Below the pieces are notes generated by a model. The model did no database searches, had not been told where the DNA came from, and worked only from the letters and a program-made list of their open reading frames with translations. From an uncultured bacterium (lineage in GTDB: Bacteria; CSSED10-310; CAZUFC01): DNA of 64,000 nt. How positions within the stretch are numbered: position 1 is the first letter of the stretch; every line of letters starts with the position of its first letter. Shown here piece by piece: positions 1 through 10,244 of this stretch. The DNA lies in the NCBI GenBank assembly GCA_964619725.1, contig CAZUFC010000025.1, positions 10,385 through 74,384 of the forward strand, given 5' to 3'. The position numbers and the translations under genes were made by a program.

Positions 1-1098
1 GCCGATAAAATTCTCGTCTGAATCGTTCTCATCGCCTCTTAAGTATCCGGCAGCATAACCGGAACCGTCGCCGAATTCCAGCTTCGTGTTACCGCCGGTC
101 CAGAGCTCCAGCCAGGAATTGGAGTTGCCCGCACGAAAAGCATCCCCGTTGCTTACGACGTCAAGCTTGTACTGAGGTTGATTTGAACCTATACCGAGAT
201 TTCCGTCCGTATCCAGCACCATTCTCGTGTAGCAGGGATTGCATTTTCTGAAATAAAGAGCATGAGCAGGATAAACGCTGCCGTCGCCGTTAACGGTGAT
301 TTTCCAGATGCCTTCAGTCTCATCCGTGTTGCTGATATGCAGGCCCGTACTTGAGCCGCTTCCCGAAAGATGCAAGGGAATCGTGCCCCCGACGACCCGG
401 ATGTCATACGAACTTGTGGGCAGCGTTCCTATTCCGATATGTCCGTTTAATTTATCGTAATAGATTTCCGCCCCTGCCGCCGCATCGTTGTCATTATAAA
501 GCAATTGCCGGTTCGAACCCCCTACAGGGCCTGTCGGGCCGCTGGGCCCCTGCGATCCCGAAGGTCCCGAAGGCCCGCTCGGACCCTGCGATCCGGAAGG
601 CCCCGAAGGCCCGGACGGACCTGTTAACCCGGTCGGATCGCCGACCCATTCGCCGTATTCGTTGATGACCGTTCCGTATCCTGAAATGTCTACACTCGAG
701 GGTGTAATGGCTTCCTCATGTACGTCCGATGCATTCAACGCCTGACCTGTTGAAGTCAATTCGAGTCTCGGCATCAACGTTTCTTCATTGACTTTGATCT
801 GCAGCCAATATTGATCGTCGAAATCAAGATTCAGGGGATTGACCGTTCCCAATATCACGCTGAAATAACCCGCGGTTACTTCCACGCCGGCTTGTGTTTC
901 CGTCCAAACAGGCATGCCGCCCGATGCAGTGAGATATATCCCGAATTCCAGCTCGTAGATGCCGCTTAACGGCTCACCCTCAGAATTCTCCAAATGCCCC
1001 TGATAATTGATGCGTTCAGGGACCATTCCCATTGAAGTTCCGTTAAGAACCGCCGCTACTGCCCCAAAAATAAAAATAATACAAAGTTGCTTTTTCAT
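1..1098 (-). CDS. Secreted protein with collagen-like Gly-X-Y repeat and tail-fibre-like GIGT motifs; runs off the left edge
   Basis: Absent from the ORF track because it is open at the edge. Manual translation from ATG 1098 (RBS GAAAGGA) gives [20 protein letters not shown]...[11 protein letters not shown]...GYFSVILG, then (GPS/GSQ)n at about 520-630, then GHIGIGT and [16 protein letters not shown]. No stop before position 1. Confidence 0.85.
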   Translation of the reverse strand, partial: MKKQLCIIFIFGAVAAVLNGTSMGMVPERINYQGHLENSEGEPLSGIYELEFGIYLTASGGMPVWTETQAGVEVTAGYFSVILGTVNPLNLDFDDQYWLQIKVNEETLMPRLELTSTGQALNASDVHEEAITPSSVDISGYGTVINEYGEWVGDPTGLTGPSGPSGPSGSQGPSGPSGPSGSQGPSGPTGPVGGSNRQLLYNDNDAAAGAEIYYDKLNGHIGIGTLPTSSYDIRVVGGTIPLHLSGSGSSTGLHISNTDETEGIWKITVNGDGSVYPAHALYFRKCNPCYTRMVLDTDGNLGIGSNQPQYKLDVVSNGDAFRAGNSNSWLELWTGGNTKLEFGDGSGYAAGYLRGDENDSDENFIG

Positions 1099-1449
1099 CT
1101 TTGTCCTTTCAGACCGTTTAATCATTCTCGCAAAGCTCAACTTCATCAATCAGCTTTGCGGAAACGGCACGAATGAAATTAGGTAACTGCTTTCATGATG
1201 AAATTTTTTTGAACATATCCATGATAAATGTTCAAATTTTTTTCCTCTTTCATAAAAAGCACATTAGTGATCGAACTGCGTGAAGAATCAGCGTTTAAAA
1301 GAGGAGATTCAACAATCGGTTTTTACTCATGCGTCAAGCGCCCTCCTTTCTAAAAATTGAAAGCGTTTTTAAATGATTGCCGCTAAGTTTTAAAAGAGTC
1401 AGCGAAGCCATCAAATTGAATCGACATTCGGAAACAACCCTTACTCATT

Positions 1450-1525
1450 AATGTACTGAAAAATGATCATCAGTCAAGAAAAAGTCAAGGAAAGGGTTGA
1501 CTTTCAATTTTGTTTGTTTTAGTTT
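1450..1525. promoter_or_regulatory. Back-to-back sigma70-like promoters
   Basis: Plus strand TTGACT(1497-1502)-17nt-TAGTTT faces hdrA. Minus strand TTGACT(1477-1472)-16nt-TACATT faces the collagen-repeat gene. Confidence 0.4.
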
Positions 1526-1793
1526 GAGTTACGATAAAGAGTTTGATTCATTAACCCATCAATCTCGGGAAGCGATACTGGCCATGGTTTTAATCGAACG
1601 TTACGGCGACAGACTCTCGTTTCACTACATGAATTTTCTTTCCTTGAACATTTTGCATTTCTTTTAAAAGACCCAATTAAAAATCGAATAAGTCTTTTGA
1701 CAGGAGAGGCGTCAACATGCCTGAAGAGGATTCAACCTATCGGCGATATCGTCATGACACAGTATCAAAAAAGGAGATAAAGGAGGGCGATCA

Positions 1794-4718
1794 GTGGCAG
1801 AAAGTTCAGTATTAGTGTATGGAACGAATCTGGCAGGGTATCGGGCGGCATATGCTTTATGCAAGAAGGGTCATCAGGTAATCCATTTGAACAGGGGTTC
1901 GTATATAGATGAGTATAAGAATCAGGCATTGCAGCAACTTCCGCTTGATTTTTGCTGGGTTTGCGGACATATGCCTCAAAGGTTGTTCAAAGGAATGGGT
2001 TGTCTGAAGGACAATTACAGCGTTGAGGTAACGGAAGTAACGGGAGAAGCGGGAGATTTCACGATCAAGTTCAGGAAGCAGGATCAGCTTGTGAACAATT
2101 TCATATGCTGCGAATGCGACAGGTGCATCGAGGCGTGTCCGGAGGAGAAGGACGGGAGAAAGGCGATATATGTATTGCCTCATGTAGCGTGGGAGAACAT
2201 TTATTTAATAGACGAGGAGATGTGCACGCAATGCGGGCGGTGCGAGGATGCTTGTCCGACCGGGGCTTTAAAGTTGGAGCGTCCGGTGGAGGAGATGGAG
2301 GTGAAGGCGGGGGCGATAGCTTTAGCGCTTGAGTATGAGAGTCCGACGGCGGAGGAGCTGGCGCAGTTTGGACTGGGTAAGAGCAGCCGGGTGCAGACTA
2401 ATGCGGAGATAGGGCGCAGGTCGTCGTTGAGCAATTTTACGATAGATGCGTTAAGGACCCGAAGCGGTGAAGTCCCTGATGATTTTTCAATCATAGTGAC
2501 TCCCCAGTTCAATGAGGCGATCGTGGAGCATGAAAATTACAATCTTTCTATAACAGCGATTTACAGGGCGCTGAAGATAAAGGAACTGATGCCGTCGGCG
2601 AAAGTAACCGTTTACCTGCAGCATTTCAAGGGATCGGGCGAGAATCATTACCGGTTTTATGAGAAGGCGAAATCGACGGGCGTGAAAATAGAGAAGGTTG
2701 ATAAGTTGAGCGTATTTGTGGAGTCGGAAGAAGATGTGGTGATTCGATATGAGCAAGCGGGAGAGAGTCTGGAGCATAAGACAGGTATGGTGATTTTAGT
2801 AACGGGTCAGAAGCGTCCGTCCGTGATGGATGAGGTAACGAGCAAATTTAAAGTTGAAAGCGATGAAAGAGGATTTTGCAGGACGCAACCTTTTTCAGTG
2901 GGTGAGACGACTATTCCGGGAATATTCGCAGCAGGCGAATTTACCGGAGTGAAGGGGTTGCCGGAGATCGTGTGGGAAGGATGCGCCATGATGACGGAGA
3001 TGCTGCCTTACCTGGGCGAGAAGAATTTTTCTCCGGCTCCGCCGCCGAGTTTACGTGATTTAAGCGTTGAGAGACCCAATGTCGGGGTTTTCATATGCAG
3101 TTGTTTTGGGACTTTTTCTGATAAAATGGACTTGGGATTGCTGAAAGAGAAGGTAAAGGGGCTGAAGGATGTCGGGCATGTTGAAATCATACAAGGTTGC
3201 TGCACTCCTTCGACGATGACCGAGACTGCTGAAAAGATAAAGGCATCGGGCGTAAACAGGGTTATACTGGCGGTATGCACGCCGCTTCAGAAGCTGTTGA
3301 AGTATCGAAAAACGGTCATGATGGCGGGCGTTAATCCCTTGTTAAGCGAATTTTTAAGGCTGCGGGAAGACGTCATCAATGTTCACGGCGACAGGAAGAA
3401 GATGCTGGATAAAGCCTTGACGTTGATACGTTCAGGGGTAGAGAAAGTCAAAAGGTCGCATCAGGAACCCACGTTAATGACGGAATTTACCGACAGGGTT
3501 CTTGTAATCGGCGGAGGCGTATCCGGAATCATGGCGGCCTATGAGATCGGCAAAGCGGGTTACCCTGTGACAATTGCGGAGAAAAAAAGAGACCTGGGCG
3601 GTATGGCAGACAGGCTTAGCGAAGATCAGAGGAATTATGTCAACGATAAACTGGAAAAACTCGGCAAAATGGAGAATGTTGAGATACTCACCCGTTCTGA
3701 AGTCAAGAAAGTGACCGGACAAGCCGGCGATTTCACTGTAAAGATTGAGGGAGAAGAAGCTAAGGAAATTAAAGCAGGCGCGATAATGATCGCTGTCGGA
3801 GCCCGTGAAAGTATTCCCGAAGGTTGGCTTTACGGCGAGGATGAACGCGTGATGACTCAAAGCGAAGTAAAAGAAAAGTTAAGCCGGGACGCTGAACTGA
3901 AGGGCCGGATAGCGATGATTCAGTGCGTGGGTTCAAAAGATGCCGATCATCCCTATTGTTCCAGAATTTGTTGCGCTCAAGCTTTGGAGAATGCCGTGTC
4001 CCTGAGAGAAAAGGGGGCGGAAGTATCAATTTATTATACTGATTTGAATCTTTATGATGAAGAGACGGAGCTTTATAAACAAGCGACCGGAAGAGATGTA
4101 AATTTCATCCGGGTGAAGGAGCGTCCCAAAGTTTTGAGAGAGAATGAGCGGTTATATGTGGACGATGGAAACAAGAAAGAGGAGTATGATTATATCGTTC
4201 TGAGCACGGGGATAGAACCTGATTATGAGATGAACAAAGCGCTGTCTGAAATGTTGGATTATCCCCTGGGCAAAAACGGTTTTTTCGTCAACGACGTCAG
4301 CGGTTATCCTTACGAAGAGGTGATAAAGAAGCTGGTAAAACCGTTTGAACTGGGGTCCAATTTTATTTTTCCGATAGGGATGGCTCATTCGCCCCGTAAT
4401 TTCGATCAAACGCTGTTGATTGCAAAGGATGCTGCAGGAAGGGCCATGGTAATGCTGGACAAGCCGAAGGTTCCGCCGCCCAACGCCATGTATGTTGCTG
4501 GTGTGGTAGAGTCAATTTGCATGGGGTGCGGAGTCTGCATCGATGTATGTCCCTATTACGCCCGGTATCTGGACACATCGAAGAATATTGCGGCGGTGCG
4601 GCCGATGTTGTGCGATTCATGCGGGACCTGCGTGGCTATATGCCCGAATAATGCCTCATATCTGAGGGATTTAAGGGGCGATCAGGTGATGGCTTCGCTG
4701 GATGAAGTCTTGATATAG
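1794..4718 (+). CDS. hdrA: Large HdrA-family FAD/Fe-S protein made of two fused HdrA-like halves
   Basis: VGVFICSC, VLVIGGGVSG, QCVGSKD...YCSRICC and several CxxCxxCxxxCP motifs. The N-terminal half has a degenerate Rossmann motif (VYGTNLAG). GTG start with AGGAGG RBS. Confidence 0.85.
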   Translation: MAESSVLVYGTNLAGYRAAYALCKKGHQVIHLNRGSYIDEYKNQALQQLPLDFCWVCGHMPQRLFKGMGCLKDNYSVEVTEVTGEAGDFTIKFRKQDQLVNNFICCECDRCIEACPEEKDGRKAIYVLPHVAWENIYLIDEEMCTQCGRCEDACPTGALKLERPVEEMEVKAGAIALALEYESPTAEELAQFGLGKSSRVQTNAEIGRRSSLSNFTIDALRTRSGEVPDDFSIIVTPQFNEAIVEHENYNLSITAIYRALKIKELMPSAKVTVYLQHFKGSGENHYRFYEKAKSTGVKIEKVDKLSVFVESEEDVVIRYEQAGESLEHKTGMVILVTGQKRPSVMDEVTSKFKVESDERGFCRTQPFSVGETTIPGIFAAGEFTGVKGLPEIVWEGCAMMTEMLPYLGEKNFSPAPPPSLRDLSVERPNVGVFICSCFGTFSDKMDLGLLKEKVKGLKDVGHVEIIQGCCTPSTMTETAEKIKASGVNRVILAVCTPLQKLLKYRKTVMMAGVNPLLSEFLRLREDVINVHGDRKKMLDKALTLIRSGVEKVKRSHQEPTLMTEFTDRVLVIGGGVSGIMAAYEIGKAGYPVTIAEKKRDLGGMADRLSEDQRNYVNDKLEKLGKMENVEILTRSEVKKVTGQAGDFTVKIEGEEAKEIKAGAIMIAVGARESIPEGWLYGEDERVMTQSEVKEKLSRDAELKGRIAMIQCVGSKDADHPYCSRICCAQALENAVSLREKGAEVSIYYTDLNLYDEETELYKQATGRDVNFIRVKERPKVLRENERLYVDDGNKKEEYDYIVLSTGIEPDYEMNKALSEMLDYPLGKNGFFVNDVSGYPYEEVIKKLVKPFELGSNFIFPIGMAHSPRNFDQTLLIAKDAAGRAMVMLDKPKVPPPNAMYVAGVVESICMGCGVCIDVCPYYARYLDTSKNIAAVRPMLCDSCGTCVAICPNNASYLRDLRGDQVMASLDEVLI

Positions 4719-4727
4719 GAGGTTATA

Positions 4728-5153
4728 ATGGACGAAAATTTTGAACCGAAGATAATATATTTCATGTGTTCCTGGTGCGGAACAGGAGGTTGTGAAACGG
4801 CTTCCGCTTATCATTATTCCTATCCTGAAAACGTATTGCCGTTCAGGTATAACTGTACCGGCTCAATACCGACGGTTCATCTGTTGCGGTCGTTCCTGGA
4901 GGGAGCAGACGGCGTCGTCATCAGCGGATGTCATCCCGGCGACTGCCATTATAACGACGGCAATTTCAGGGCGAGAAGAAAAGTCGCTCTGGTCAAAAAT
5001 TTAATGAATTCTTTCGGATTGGAATCGGACAGATTGTGGTTCAGATATGTGGCTCATGGGGAGGCCAGGAGATTCGCGGATACGGCAAACGAATTCGAGA
5101 GACATGTAAGAGAAATGGGACGCAATCCGCTGAAAGCGAGGAAGGAAACATGA
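4728..5153 (+). CDS. mvhD: MvhD/FlxD-family [2Fe-2S] subunit
   Basis: FEPKIIYFMCSWC, CTG, GCHPGDCHY motifs. Confidence 0.9.
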   Translation: MDENFEPKIIYFMCSWCGTGGCETASAYHYSYPENVLPFRYNCTGSIPTVHLLRSFLEGADGVVISGCHPGDCHYNDGNFRARRKVALVKNLMNSFGLESDRLWFRYVAHGEARRFADTANEFERHVREMGRNPLKARKET

Positions 5154-6226
5154 GTTTATCGGAGGAAATAAAAAAAGTGATATCGCAGATGGTTCAGGGA
5201 GAGATGCTGGATGCCGTTATCGTTCCTATGAGAACGCCGGGTGGAGATTCTTACGCCTATGTTTTGACCGATAAGCAGGAACTGATCGAAAAATCGATCC
5301 CGGTCCCGCCGGCCATGCCGCAGCAGGGCGGAAAAGCTTTGATGAGCCTGACAAGATGGGGAGAAACGAAGAAGAGGATCGGGGCTTTACTGCATCCTTG
5401 CGAAGTAAAGGCGGTAATCGAGCTTTTCAAGTTAAAACAGACTCACTTGGAAAACATTTATCTGATGAGTTACGAATGCGAAGGCGTCTTTAAAACGCGG
5501 GAATATCAGAACAATGCGGATGAGGTGGAGCGTGAGTTCAACGAAGGCAAAATTGATGGAGAGCGACTGCGATTCGCCTGCAGCATTTGCGATGATTTTG
5601 CATCAGCGGATGCAGATTTGTATTTCGGCATTTCCGGGGGGCAGATCGGGGTGATATCCTGCAGTGAAAAAGGACGGCAGCTTGCCGAGGGCGTTTCATT
5701 GCCTGTCGACGTCAAGAGCGATATGCCTGATCGATTGAGAGAAAAAAGAGGGGAGAGCAAGAGGGCATTTATCGATAAAATGAAAATCGAAGCGAGCGGA
5801 GCGGATAAATTTATCGAGGTGTTCAGTCAATGCATCAATTGCAGGAATTGCATGAGGGTGTGTCCGATATGCTATTGCCGGCAGTGTTTTTTTGATTCTT
5901 CTGCGGTGAAGATGTCGCCCGACAATTACATACGACGAGCGGAGAAGAGGGGAGCGTTGAGATTGCCGGCGGACACCATTCTTTTCCATCTGGGGCGAAT
6001 GTCTCACATGATGCTGTCCTGTTCAAAATGCGGCGTATGCGAAGATGCCTGTCCTATGGACATACCGGTATCGCAGATGTTCATTTATGCTGCTGAGAAT
6101 GCGCAGAAAGAATTTGACTACAGTGCGGGAAGCGACCGCAATGAAGAATTGCCGCTTGTTGTTTATGAAGAGGAGGAATTTGAATCAATCGTTGCTCCTT
6201 ATGCAGAAACATTTAAGGGAGAATAG
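5150..6226 (+). CDS. FdhB/FrhB-like (Flx-type) 4Fe-4S protein
   Basis: ATG at 5150 overlaps the mvhD stop (ATGA). PCE, CINCRNCMRVCPICYCRQC, FHLGRMSH...CSKCGVCEDACP. Confidence 0.8.
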   Translation: MSLSEEIKKVISQMVQGEMLDAVIVPMRTPGGDSYAYVLTDKQELIEKSIPVPPAMPQQGGKALMSLTRWGETKKRIGALLHPCEVKAVIELFKLKQTHLENIYLMSYECEGVFKTREYQNNADEVEREFNEGKIDGERLRFACSICDDFASADADLYFGISGGQIGVISCSEKGRQLAEGVSLPVDVKSDMPDRLREKRGESKRAFIDKMKIEASGADKFIEVFSQCINCRNCMRVCPICYCRQCFFDSSAVKMSPDNYIRRAEKRGALRLPADTILFHLGRMSHMMLSCSKCGVCEDACPMDIPVSQMFIYAAENAQKEFDYSAGSDRNEELPLVVYEEEEFESIVAPYAETFKGE

Positions 6227-6227
6227 A

Positions 6228-7325
6228 ATGAAACGCACAGCGAGACTGAATAAAAAAGCGGAAGAGGGTTTGAAATCTCTGCTTGAATTTCTTGTCGAAG
6301 AAAAGAGAGTTGATGCTGTTTTTGCGCCGGCTGCGATAGGAGAGAAGGAAGAATACAATTATTTTCTTATAAAAGACAAGGAATTGATAAAAAACGTCAG
6401 TCCTTTTTATCCGTTCATGCCGGGTAATGCGGGGAAGATACTGGCTCAACTGGTTTTGAACGATCCATTCGACAAGCCTTGCGCGGTCGTCGCGAAGCCC
6501 TGTGAGATTCGTGCTTTCGTCGAGATCGTCAAGCAGAACCAGGCCAATCCTGAGAACGTATATTTCATAAGCTATACTTGTCCGGGAGTATTTCCTTTGA
6601 GAACGTTCACAGAAAGCGGGGCATCGGAGAAGGTTCAGGATTTCCTGGATAATATCGGCGCAGAAGAAATTTCCGAAGATATACGGGAAACCTGCAAAGC
6701 CTGTGAGCATCCTGTGCCGGTGAATTCAGACATCACTTTCGTCCTTTTCGGCGAAGACGCCCGGAACGAATCGGTATTGATTGCGGAAAATGAGAAGGGG
6801 GCCGGATTGCTGGAGGGTTTCGGCGCAGAGTATATCGAGCGCAAGAAGAATTATGACCCTATATTGAAGAAGAGGAAAGCGGAGAAGGAACGATTAGTGA
6901 AAGAATATCAGGAAAAGTATCAGGGGCTTGAAAATTTGACCGGTCTGTTCGGTCGCTGCATATCCTGTCATGCCTGTAGCAGGGTTTGCCCCATATGTTC
7001 CTGCAATCTATGCGATTTTGATTCTGCGCTTCATGAATTAAAGCCTGAGAAATACGAAAGTGAGATGGCGAAACGAGGAGGGATCAGGGTACCGACAAAT
7101 GTATTGCTGTTTCATCTGGGCCGATTGGTCCATGCAGGCGTTTCCTGTGTGAATTGCGGGATGTGTACCGATGTATGTCCGTCCGATATACCGGTGGCTC
7201 AAATTTTTCTGAAAGTCGGAGGTGCAGTGCAGAAACTGTTTGATTACACGCCGGGCAAAGACTATGAGGAAGAATTGCCCATGAAGAAATATGAGCAGGA
7301 AGAATTAGTGGAGTTTGCTCTTTAG
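6228..7325 (+). CDS. FdhB/FrhB-like (Flx-type) 4Fe-4S protein, paralogue of the upstream gene
   Basis: ATG at 6228. KPCE, CISCHACSRVCPICSCNLC, FHLGRLVH...CVNCGMCTDVCP. Confidence 0.8.
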   Translation: MKRTARLNKKAEEGLKSLLEFLVEEKRVDAVFAPAAIGEKEEYNYFLIKDKELIKNVSPFYPFMPGNAGKILAQLVLNDPFDKPCAVVAKPCEIRAFVEIVKQNQANPENVYFISYTCPGVFPLRTFTESGASEKVQDFLDNIGAEEISEDIRETCKACEHPVPVNSDITFVLFGEDARNESVLIAENEKGAGLLEGFGAEYIERKKNYDPILKKRKAEKERLVKEYQEKYQGLENLTGLFGRCISCHACSRVCPICSCNLCDFDSALHELKPEKYESEMAKRGGIRVPTNVLLFHLGRLVHAGVSCVNCGMCTDVCPSDIPVAQIFLKVGGAVQKLFDYTPGKDYEEELPMKKYEQEELVEFAL

Positions 7326-7339
7326 GAGGTTGAATCAGT

Positions 7340-7768
7340 ATGGACAGGAATAATTTTTCTCCGAGAATAGTCGGATTCTTGTGTAAATGGTGTGCTTACA
7401 GCGGCGCTGACCTGGCCGGCGTAAGCCGTGAAAAATATCCGCCCAATATGTTTCCGATTCGTGTCATGTGTTCAGGAAGAGTCGATCCCCTCTTCCTGGT
7501 AAAAGCTCATCTTTACGGCGCGGATTCTGTCATGATAGGCGGTTGCCATCCGGGTGATTGTCATTACAATTCAGGTAACCTGATGGCCCGAAGGCGTTTT
7601 GCTGTTTTGAAGGAAGTGCTGGAAAACACGGGGCTTGAAGCAGACAGACTGAAGCTTCATTGGATTGCGGCATCCGAAGGCAGCAAATACGCCAGAACGG
7701 TAGAAAAATTGACGGCGGAGACGAAGAAAAAAGGGCCTAATCCCATAGGAAAGGAAATATTTATTTAG
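7340..7768 (+). CDS. mvhD: MvhD-family [2Fe-2S] subunit
   Basis: FLCKWCAYSGADLAG, IRVMCSGRV, GCHPGDCHY. Confidence 0.92.
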   Translation: MDRNNFSPRIVGFLCKWCAYSGADLAGVSREKYPPNMFPIRVMCSGRVDPLFLVKAHLYGADSVMIGGCHPGDCHYNSGNLMARRRFAVLKEVLENTGLEADRLKLHWIAASEGSKYARTVEKLTAETKKKGPNPIGKEIFI

Positions 7769-7793
7769 GCGGATGCCGAATAACGGAAATTAT

Positions 7794-7841
7794 AAAACCG
7801 GCTGTCGAGCGATGCCTTCGTCCGACAGCCGGCGTTTTTTT
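7794..7841. terminator. Intrinsic, probably bidirectional terminator
   Basis: CCGGCTGTCG(7798-7807)/CGACAGCCGG(7823-7832) stem with flanking A and T tracts, between convergent genes. Confidence 0.7.
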
Positions 7842-7887
7842 GATTGATGCCTGATGACCGATCCCGAAACGATTTTCCCGAATCGGA

Positions 7888-9273
7888 TCATCTGGTTTCC
7901 ATGAGCGAGGCTACGAGGTCGGAAAGCTCCTCATTGATTTTCTCGTCGTCTTTCAAGTTGTCTGCAGCAGGAGGTTTCCAATATCCGCCCATTGATTTGA
8001 AGATAGAGCGCTTGGGTTTGAGTTTGACTCTTTTTCTGACTTTAGGAACAGTCATGCAAGCCGACGGCATGAAGAGAATTTTTTCACGGCCTTTTTGAGT
8101 CACAGCGGCATCCAATGCTTCCTGCAGGGTCCTGAAGGGCTTCATGAATATGGACTTCATCAAACCGGGATCGATATCGGTCACGGCCCAAATTTGAGCC
8201 CAACGGGCTATTTCGGCGATTTTAGCTGCCTTGTGGTAGCCCAGGACGTATTCTTTTTCGATTTTATCGAGAGCGGCCTGGGGGTCTCTGGCGCTGGACA
8301 ACAGTTTGACGAACGTATCATGTCCGACGCCGCTGCGGCATTTTGATACGAGAATTAGGATGCCGTTGGGAGCCAGGGCATGTTTCGCGTTATCAATCGC
8401 CTTCTGGGACTGATAGAGATCAATATCCATGGGATAAGGCGCTACTGCGACGACGATTTCCGCTTTTTCCTTGATGTCGACCGCAAAGACCTGATGGGCC
8501 TTCTCTATGGCGGCATTAAGCGATTCGCTGATATCGCCTGCAGTGGCGGCATAGATTCTCTCTTCACGATCCAGCACCGTCATAATGGTGAAGATATCTT
8601 TATCCTTGATGATTTGGATAGCGTCCTCCATATCTTCATGAACGGGATTGCCTTTCAACGCCAGCGATTGCGCGCTCATTTTAAGAGCGAGTTTATGATT
8701 CTGCTGAATCGTTTTGTAGGAGGCTATACCGGGAAGGAAAGCTTTTCTGCCGCCGGTGTATCCCGCGAAATAATGCGGTTCGACAGACCCGATGATAACT
8801 ATTTTCTGTGCTTCTACGCCCAGACGGTTCACCCACATTTCCGTCCCGTTTTTTGAGACGCCGATTTTGACCATATCCTCATCTTTTTTGGCATCGTGCA
8901 CATGAATTCTATCCCTGTATTCGTCCAGCCGTTTTCCGAAGATGAACTGCAATTCGCCTTCGGTGGGACCTCGATGTACGCCCGTTGCGATGATGAAACG
9001 AACTTTTTTATCGGCAATTCTGTCATGGATGATGTCGAGGACTTTGGCCGTAGGTGTAGGCCTCGTTCCGTCGTTGACGATAAAGAGTATATCGTCGGCA
9101 TCATCAAGGAAATCATCGAAGGATTTTGATGCGACAGGATTATTCAAAGCCTTGAATAAAGTTTCCTTTTCATCGGACCTGGGTACGGCGTTAGGATAGA
9201 CGTAACCGCCGAAATTTTCGTCGTTGATAAAAGCTTCAACGATTTCACGGCCGTAAGGAATTTCAACTCTCAT
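7888..9273 (-). CDS. larA: LarA-family nickel-pincer-dependent 2-hydroxyacid racemase
   Basis: NDGTRPTP, ATGVHR, EPHYFAGYTGGRK, LYQSQKA motifs typical of the LarA family. Confidence 0.88.
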   Translation of the reverse strand: MRVEIPYGREIVEAFINDENFGGYVYPNAVPRSDEKETLFKALNNPVASKSFDDFLDDADDILFIVNDGTRPTPTAKVLDIIHDRIADKKVRFIIATGVHRGPTEGELQFIFGKRLDEYRDRIHVHDAKKDEDMVKIGVSKNGTEMWVNRLGVEAQKIVIIGSVEPHYFAGYTGGRKAFLPGIASYKTIQQNHKLALKMSAQSLALKGNPVHEDMEDAIQIIKDKDIFTIMTVLDREERIYAATAGDISESLNAAIEKAHQVFAVDIKEKAEIVVAVAPYPMDIDLYQSQKAIDNAKHALAPNGILILVSKCRSGVGHDTFVKLLSSARDPQAALDKIEKEYVLGYHKAAKIAEIARWAQIWAVTDIDPGLMKSIFMKPFRTLQEALDAAVTQKGREKILFMPSACMTVPKVRKRVKLKPKRSIFKSMGGYWKPPAADNLKDDEKINEELSDLVASLMETR

Positions 9274-9306
9274 CAGCTAATCTGACCTTCTTTCTTTTTA
9301 ATTTTC

Positions 9307-10242
9307 TCAGACAAGGGCCATTTCTTCCAGTTTTTCAATAACCTGTTTGACGCCGTAGGCAGAGTTGTTCAACGCTTCCTGCTCATCGTCATTAAGCGTC
9401 AGTTCAATGATTTTTTCAACGCCGCCTTTGCCGAGAATGATCGGAACGCCCACAAACAGCCCTTCAATGCTGTATTCGCCTCTCAGGTAGGCTGAACAGG
9501 GAAGAATTCTCTTTTTATCCCTGATGATGCATTCGACCATTTCAGCGGCCGAAGCGGCGGGCGCCCAGAATGCGCTGCCGGTTTTAAGGTATGAAACGAT
9601 TTCCGCTCCGCCTTTCCTGGTGCGTTCGACCAGTTTTTCAATTTTATCTTTTGTCATAATTTCCGGTAAAGGAATACCGCAAACGGTCGTGTAACGGGGC
9701 AGAGGCACCATGGCATCTCCGTGACCGCCTAGGACCAGCGCGGTAGTATCTTTAACGCTGACGCCGAGTTCAGAAGCGATGAAGTATCTGAAGCGGGTCG
9801 AATCCAGTATTCCGGCCATTCCGACGACCCGTTTCAATGCGAAACCGGTGGTTTTAAGAGCCATGTAACTCATCACGTCCAAAGGATTCGCCACCATAAC
9901 TATCGTGGAATCAGGCGCGTATCTCGCTATCTCCTGAGAAACGCTTTTATTGATTTTAGCGTTCACCTGGAGAAGATCGTCGCGTGACATGCCCGGCTTC
10001 CTGGCTACTCCAGCCGTCACAACCACCACGTCCGAATCTTTCATGGCCGAAAAATCTTCGGTTCCATAGATATCGGTGTCATATTTACGAATAGGGGCCG
10101 CCTGAATAGCGTCCATCCCTCTTCCGCGGGCGAGCCCTTTAATGACGTCGATAAGAACTACGTCAGCAATTCTCTTTTCTGCAATATACAAAGCCGCTGT
10201 GGCGCCGACATTTCCGCTGCCGATTATAGACACTTTTGCCAT
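9307..10242 (-). CDS. mdh: Malate dehydrogenase (LDH-like MDH)
   Basis: GSGNVG, ARKPGMSRDDLL, ANPLD, LDSTR, GGHGD. Confidence 0.95.
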   Translation of the reverse strand: MAKVSIIGSGNVGATAALYIAEKRIADVVLIDVIKGLARGRGMDAIQAAPIRKYDTDIYGTEDFSAMKDSDVVVVTAGVARKPGMSRDDLLQVNAKINKSVSQEIARYAPDSTIVMVANPLDVMSYMALKTTGFALKRVVGMAGILDSTRFRYFIASELGVSVKDTTALVLGGHGDAMVPLPRYTTVCGIPLPEIMTKDKIEKLVERTRKGGAEIVSYLKTGSAFWAPAASAAEMVECIIRDKKRILPCSAYLRGEYSIEGLFVGVPIILGKGGVEKIIELTLNDDEQEALNNSAYGVKQVIEKLEEMALV

Positions 10243-10244
10243 TT

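Noticed and set aside
1717-1815. 32-codon ORF with an RBS-like GGAGAGG overlapping the hdrA start
   Set aside because: No recognisable leader-peptide composition or attenuator structure; could be chance.
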